Positions 8,325 through 11,934 of a DNA stretch of 11,934 bases are shown here, piece after piece (position 1 is the first letter of the stretch; each line of letters starts with the position of its first letter). The notes beneath the pieces are model-generated. The model was not told the origin of the DNA. It saw nothing but the letters and a program-made list of their open reading frames with translations, and ran no database searches. The stretch is from Leptolyngbyaceae cyanobacterium (GTDB lineage Bacteria; Cyanobacteriota; Cyanobacteriia; Phormidesmidales; Phormidesmidaceae): positions 1 through 11,934 of the forward strand of contig CBDHHL010000044.1 of NCBI GenBank assembly GCA_965263355.1, in the 5' to 3' direction. Position numbers and translations under genes: made by a program.

Positions 8325-9869
8325 ATGAAAGATAAGGCTCTCCCATCGATACCCACAGTCAGCGAAGCGGACTGGGAAAAGACACCGTCCAGCGTTAAGA
8401 CGTTGGTTCTGAGTCTAGTGACAAGAGTCGAGGAATTGGAGAACCAGTTCGAAGAACTGCGAGCAGAAAATACTCAACTACGCGCAGAAAATACTCAACT
8501 ACGCGCAGAAAATGAATTGCTCAAAGAGAAGCTGCAGCGCAATAGTCAGAACTCATCTCAGCCACCATCGGAGGATAAAGCCAAAGGATTTAAGCCGAAG
8601 AAACCTCGCAGTGGTCGCTCGCGAGGAGGCCAACTCGGACATCCGGGGAAAGGGCCGAAGCTATATCCACCGGAGGCGTGTGCCCGCATCGACCACTATT
8701 ATCCAAGCCACTGTCATCACTGTGGGGAGGCGTTATCAGGAGAGGACCCCAGTCCCTATCGAGTGCAAAAAGTAGACGTACCCCAGATAAAACCAGTTGT
8801 CGTCGAGCATCGATTTCACCAGTTAGCGTGTGAGTGCTGTGGGGCGTTGACACGGGGCTGGGACGAAGGGGTGATCAACACTCCGAGATATGGCGAACGG
8901 CTGACGGGATTGGTGGGGTGGCTTAGCAGTGTCGGTCATCAGTCCCATGGGCAGGTGAAGGACCTGTTGTGTGAGGTGTTTGATATCGAGATATCAACGG
9001 GAGGCATCAATCGTCTGCGGATGGAGTTGTCAGAGTCATTGTCAGCCATCGTGGAGAGTGCGGGGGAGTATATTCAGCAACAAGCCCAGGTGAACATGGA
9101 TGAGACGGGCTTTCGCCAAGGGAATGGGGATGGGAAAAATCCCCAGAAAAGTAAAGGGTGGTTGTGGGTTGTGGTGACCCCGTTAGTGAGCTATTTCTCG
9201 GTATTTCTGTCTCGCTCACAGGGGGTAGCCAAAGAGATGTTGGGTGACGCCTTCGGTGGCATTGTGGGCAGTGACCGATGCGGGGCCTATAGTTGGTTAG
9301 GCAATGCCCAACGACAAGTCTGTTGGGCTCATCTCAAACGAGATTTCACCAAAATCGCTGAACGCTCAGGGCGATCCACTAAATTGGGAAAGGCCCTGCT
9401 CAAACAACAAAAGCGATTGTTTGAGCGTTGGTATCAGGTCCGAGATGGAACCCTACCTCGAGGCGATTTTATCGAGCAGGTCAAGCCGATTCGGTGTGAA
9501 CTCAGGCGATTGCTTAATGAAGGAGCCGATTACGAGATTGAAAAAGGCGATAAGACCTCGTTCGCTAAGACGGTTCGCACCTGTCGGAAACTGCTCACCG
9601 TTGAGCCAGCTTTCTGGACCTTTGTCGAGCATGACGGGGTAGAACCCACCAATAATGCGGCGGAGCGTGCCCTGCGCCCTGCGGTCTTGTGGCGTAAACA
9701 GAGTTTTGGAGCCAATAGCCAAGAGGGGAGTCAGTTTGTGGCCCGGATGATGACTACCGTCACCAGCTTAAAGGCCCAGCAACGTTCAATTTTTGACTTC
9801 CTGAGCGATGCCGTAAAAGCTTCTCGTCATGGTTCTCCTGTGCCTTCATTGATACCTGAAGGAGACTGA
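8325..9869 (+). CDS. tnpC: IS66 family DDE transposase
   Basis: 514 aa. Leucine zipper, NSQNSSQPPSED, RGGQLGHPG, zinc finger CHHCG…CECCG, and catalytic motifs MDETG, SDR, QVCWAHLKRDF, PTNNAAERALR. Confidence 0.96.
   Translation: MKDKALPSIPTVSEADWEKTPSSVKTLVLSLVTRVEELENQFEELRAENTQLRAENTQLRAENELLKEKLQRNSQNSSQPPSEDKAKGFKPKKPRSGRSRGGQLGHPGKGPKLYPPEACARIDHYYPSHCHHCGEALSGEDPSPYRVQKVDVPQIKPVVVEHRFHQLACECCGALTRGWDEGVINTPRYGERLTGLVGWLSSVGHQSHGQVKDLLCEVFDIEISTGGINRLRMELSESLSAIVESAGEYIQQQAQVNMDETGFRQGNGDGKNPQKSKGWLWVVVTPLVSYFSVFLSRSQGVAKEMLGDAFGGIVGSDRCGAYSWLGNAQRQVCWAHLKRDFTKIAERSGRSTKLGKALLKQQKRLFERWYQVRDGTLPRGDFIEQVKPIRCELRRLLNEGADYEIEKGDKTSFAKTVRTCRKLLTVEPAFWTFVEHDGVEPTNNAAERALRPAVLWRKQSFGANSQEGSQFVARMMTTVTSLKAQQRSIFDFLSDAVKASRHGSPVPSLIPEGD
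8463..8513 (+). repeat. 21-bp tandem repeat (about 2.4 exact copies) in the transposase leucine zipper
   Basis: GCAGAAAATACTCAACTACGC at 8463-8483 and 8484-8504, plus GCAGAAAAT at 8505-8513; encodes AENTQLR AENTQLR AEN. Confidence 0.93.
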
Positions 9870-9886
9870 CCCTCCTGAATCTTTAC

Positions 9887-9894
9887 AATATCTT
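9887..9894. repeat. IS66 target-site duplication, right (AATATCTT)
   Basis: Identical to 8251-8258 and directly follows TTAC. Confidence 0.93.
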
Positions 9895-10122
9895 TGACTT
9901 ACATCAGCCTCTATTTCCTTGGAGCTTTCCTGAATCCAGGAATCCCTCTAGATAGGGAAAGTTTATCTTCAAAGTCGCGCATAAATTTTTTTCTATATAA
10001 GGTTTTCTAGTTTTCCCTCGATTCGCTGGCATCCTCCTGATTTTACAGGGGGGTGCCTTTTCTTTTAATTGACTCTTTTCATAGGTAAAAACTGCCAACT
10101 TTCAAAAAAGATTGGAGATGAT

Positions 10123-10158
10123 TGCAAAAAAAACCAACCTTAACTGATGAGTTAATAG
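10123..10158 (+). promoter_or_regulatory. Bipartite promoter-like motif, copy 3
   Basis: TGCAAAAAAAACCAACCTTAACTGATGAGTTAATAG (spacer 1 nt shorter), ending 66 nt upstream of ATG 10225. Confidence 0.7.
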
Positions 10159-10224
10159 GGCAACTTATAAAACCCTTAATAACAAAGTTGCTCAAAAAAT
10201 GTGAAACAATACGAGGATAAAGTC

Positions 10225-11511
10225 ATGAGTGGCTCATTTAACAGCATTAATGGGGACAACAATGCCAACAATATTACTGGCACCAACCGTAAAGATTTTA
10301 TTCGTGGGTTTGGCGGTAATGATACGATTTGGGCAGGAGCGGGTGATGATCTTGTCGATGGTGGTACTGGGAACGATACCCTTAGGGGCGAATCTGGCAA
10401 TGACCAGCTTAATGGACAAAATGGTAATGACCTAATCTTAGGCGGCAATGGTAATGATAGGCTTTTTGGAGGTGATGGTAACGATAGAATAGCAGGAGGG
10501 TTTGGCAACGATTATCTTGTCGGAGGTCGTGGCGGCAATGATTTTATGGCCGGTCAACAGGGCAATGACACCTATGTTGTTCTTGACTCGAATGATAAAG
10601 TGACCGAATTTTCAGGCCATGGGACTGACCTGGTGCGGAGTTTTATTCCTACCTATAGGCTGACAGCTAATGTTGAGAACCTTACATTGGCAGGCTCAGC
10701 CGTTCAGGGGTATGGTAATGGCTTGAATAATAGAATTATTGGGAATAGTGGCAACAATATCCTCTTTGGTGAAGGTGGCCGAGACTTTTTGAACGGTGGT
10801 CGTGGTGCTGATCGCATGTATGGTGGTGCCCATAACGACACTTACATGGTGGATAACAAGGGCGATAGAGTTTTTGAGTCTCGTAATCAAGGTTATGACC
10901 GTGTATTTTCGACTGTTGGATTCACTCTAGGAAACAATATAGAGGAACTAACCCTGAGGGGTACTGCATACCTAGGCTATGGAAATAACCTAAACAACAG
11001 AATTGATGGCAACAACTCTGCCAACCATCTGTGGGGGGCCGCTGGCAACGATACCATTTTTGCCAACGGCGGCAATGATCTAGTTCGTGGGGGCATTGGT
11101 AATGACTACTTACATGGTGGTAGAGGCAACGATGAATTAGTCGGCGGTAGTGGCAATGATACCTTAGTAGGGATTGCAGGCAATGACATCTTGATCGGTG
11201 ATGCGGGAGCAGATAAGTTTACATTCTTCAAATTCACCGATGGTGTTGACCAGATCAAAGACTTTTCGAGAGGACAAGGGGATAAGATTGAGGTTGTGGC
11301 TGCAGGCTTTGGAGGTGGCCTGGCGAAAGGAGTATTATCTAGCGATCAGTTTGTCTTAGGCTCTAGTGCACATGATGCGAATGATCGGTTCCTCTATAAC
11401 AATGGCGTCCTATCGTTTGACAGGGATGGTATTGGTGGGGCATCGGCTGTCCGAATCGCAACATTTAGTGGTAATCCCACATTGACCCACAGCGATATTG
11501 TTGTGATTTAG
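10225..11511 (+). CDS. RTX (hemolysin-type) calcium-binding protein, probable type I secretion substrate
   Basis: Many GGxGxDxLx nonapeptides, two related DTY.V…VE.LTL.G…GYGN.LNNRI.GN modules 90 codons apart, and a C-terminal DQIKDFSRGQGDKIEV…LTHSDIVVI tail. ATG 10225 follows GAGGA (10213-10217), so it is preferred to GTG 10201. Confidence 0.92.
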   Translation: MSGSFNSINGDNNANNITGTNRKDFIRGFGGNDTIWAGAGDDLVDGGTGNDTLRGESGNDQLNGQNGNDLILGGNGNDRLFGGDGNDRIAGGFGNDYLVGGRGGNDFMAGQQGNDTYVVLDSNDKVTEFSGHGTDLVRSFIPTYRLTANVENLTLAGSAVQGYGNGLNNRIIGNSGNNILFGEGGRDFLNGGRGADRMYGGAHNDTYMVDNKGDRVFESRNQGYDRVFSTVGFTLGNNIEELTLRGTAYLGYGNNLNNRIDGNNSANHLWGAAGNDTIFANGGNDLVRGGIGNDYLHGGRGNDELVGGSGNDTLVGIAGNDILIGDAGADKFTFFKFTDGVDQIKDFSRGQGDKIEVVAAGFGGGLAKGVLSSDQFVLGSSAHDANDRFLYNNGVLSFDRDGIGGASAVRIATFSGNPTLTHSDIVVI

Positions 11512-11598
11512 AAGGTAGATAGAGTTGTTTTCATAGGGGATTCTCAGCATCTTTAACGGTTGCATGTATCTCCTGAAGAGAGGCTCCTTGAGATATGG

Positions 11599-11635
11599 TG
11601 CATCGCCCGATTTTTGGAGTCGAGTGGTGCATTTT
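11599..11635 (+). terminator. Possible intrinsic terminator after the RTX gene
   Basis: TGCATCGCCCGATT-tttgg-AGTCGAGTGGTGCA forms a 14-position stem with three G-U pairs and one mismatch, followed by TTTT. Confidence 0.5.
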
Positions 11636-11719
11636 CATATGATACCAAATCCGAATTTCCCGACTTAAATTGATATCCAACATTTGCACAGTTAGATGCC
11701 AAAAATAATTTTGGGATAG

Positions 11720-11756
11720 TGCAAAAAAGTTAAGAGTTTACTTGATAAGTCAATAG
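11720..11756 (+). promoter_or_regulatory. Bipartite promoter-like motif, copy 4
   Basis: TGCAAAAAAGTTAAGAGTTTACTTGATAAGTCAATAG, ending 81 nt upstream of ATG 11838. Confidence 0.75.
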
Positions 11757-11837
11757 AGCTTATGTTGCCCATTTTTTATCTACGCCTATTTTCAATTATT
11801 CAAAACTTTGACCTCTTCGACTTAAAGGAAAAAACTC

Positions 11838-11934
11838 ATGGCTACAATTAATGGCACTCCCTTTAATGACAACAATACTGTTAATGGCGTTCCTCTCATT
11901 TTTCGTTCAGCATTGGTAGGTACTCCGTTGAATG
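11838..11934 (+). CDS. 5' part of a probable second RTX/calcium-binding protein (runs off the window)
   Basis: AAGGA (11825-11829) then ATG; reads MATINGTPFNDNNTVNGVPLIFRSALVGTPLN…; I.GT..ND starts are typical of cyanobacterial RTX proteins. Confidence 0.65.
   Translation, partial: MATINGTPFNDNNTVNGVPLIFRSALVGTPLN

Larger units (their letters stand above)
8259..9886 (+). mobile_element. Complete IS66-family insertion sequence (single-ORF, ISBst12-like organisation), 1628 bp
   Basis: Left end GTAAGCTTTCAGCGGGTC; right end (reverse complement) GTAAAGATTCAGGAGGGTC. The GTAA…TTAC termini are typical of IS66. Flanked by a perfect 8-bp direct repeat AATATCTT, and visibly more GC-rich than the flanks. 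Confidence 0.95.
8134..9955 (+). pseudogene. Putative 61-aa small ORF interrupted by the IS66 (pieces 8134-8258 and 9895-9955)
   Basis: Removing the IS and one TSD gives an open frame: MMNNKVFHINQMSTVQVANQLKKLKLETMLSIADVYYYANIF DLHQPLFPWSFPESRNPSR-stop (TAG 9953-9955). AGGT lies 8 nt before the ATG and motif copy 2 lies upstream. Confidence 0.4.

Noticed and set aside
8512..9722. Six short alternative-frame or antisense ORFs inside the transposase, considered as tnpA/tnpB accessory genes
   Set aside because: All lie fully within the transposase ORF and none resembles IS66 accessory proteins; expected in GC-rich coding DNA.
9904..10098. 64-aa minus-strand ORF next to the IS right end
   Set aside because: No recognisable motif or clear RBS; it stops before the TSD and overlaps the better-supported plus-strand remnant.
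10176..10890. Pro/Ser-rich and other overlapping ORFs in the RTX gene
   Set aside because: By-products of the Gly/Asn/Asp repeat codons read in other frames.
11561..11602. Alternative hairpin (TGCA-TGTATCTC…GAGATATG-G-TGCA) competing with the terminator, considered as an attenuator or riboswitch
   Set aside because: Weak pairing with a large loop and no known riboswitch consensus; it lies upstream of the next gene's putative promoter rather than in its leader.
7010..11756. The 36-37 bp repeats as a CRISPR array or integron attC sites
   Set aside because: Copies are 1-2 kb apart, not palindromic, variable in the middle, and there is no cas or integrase gene in the window. Position and orientation fit promoters.

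Overview
Cyanobacterial-type genomic window (three HIP1 GCGATCGC sites; cyanobacteria-typical DUF928, DUF1822 and CHAT-CHASE2 genes). The minus strand carries a tight four-gene operon: an atypical small sigma-70/ECF-like factor, a DUF1822 protein, a membrane receptor with a catalytically intact CHAT (caspase-like) protease fused to CHASE2, and an exported DUF928 protein. A GluR0-like ligand-gated K+ channel gene follows. The plus strand carries two small AT-rich membrane-protein genes, a complete 1628-bp IS66 element (imperfect TIRs, 8-bp TSD) that appears to split a 61-codon ORF, an all-RTX Ca-binding secreted protein, and the start of a probable second RTX-like gene. The main unannotated signal is a 36-37 bp bipartite motif, TGCAAAAAA-N13/14-TGATRRRTYAATAG, with sigma70-like 16-17 nt hexamer spacing. 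It occurs upstream of four plus-strand transcription units, and a variant lies upstream of the sigma gene itself. I infer a protease-triggered sigma/anti-sigma signalling system with its local regulon visible in the DNA. Family assignments come from motif recognition only; no database searches were run.
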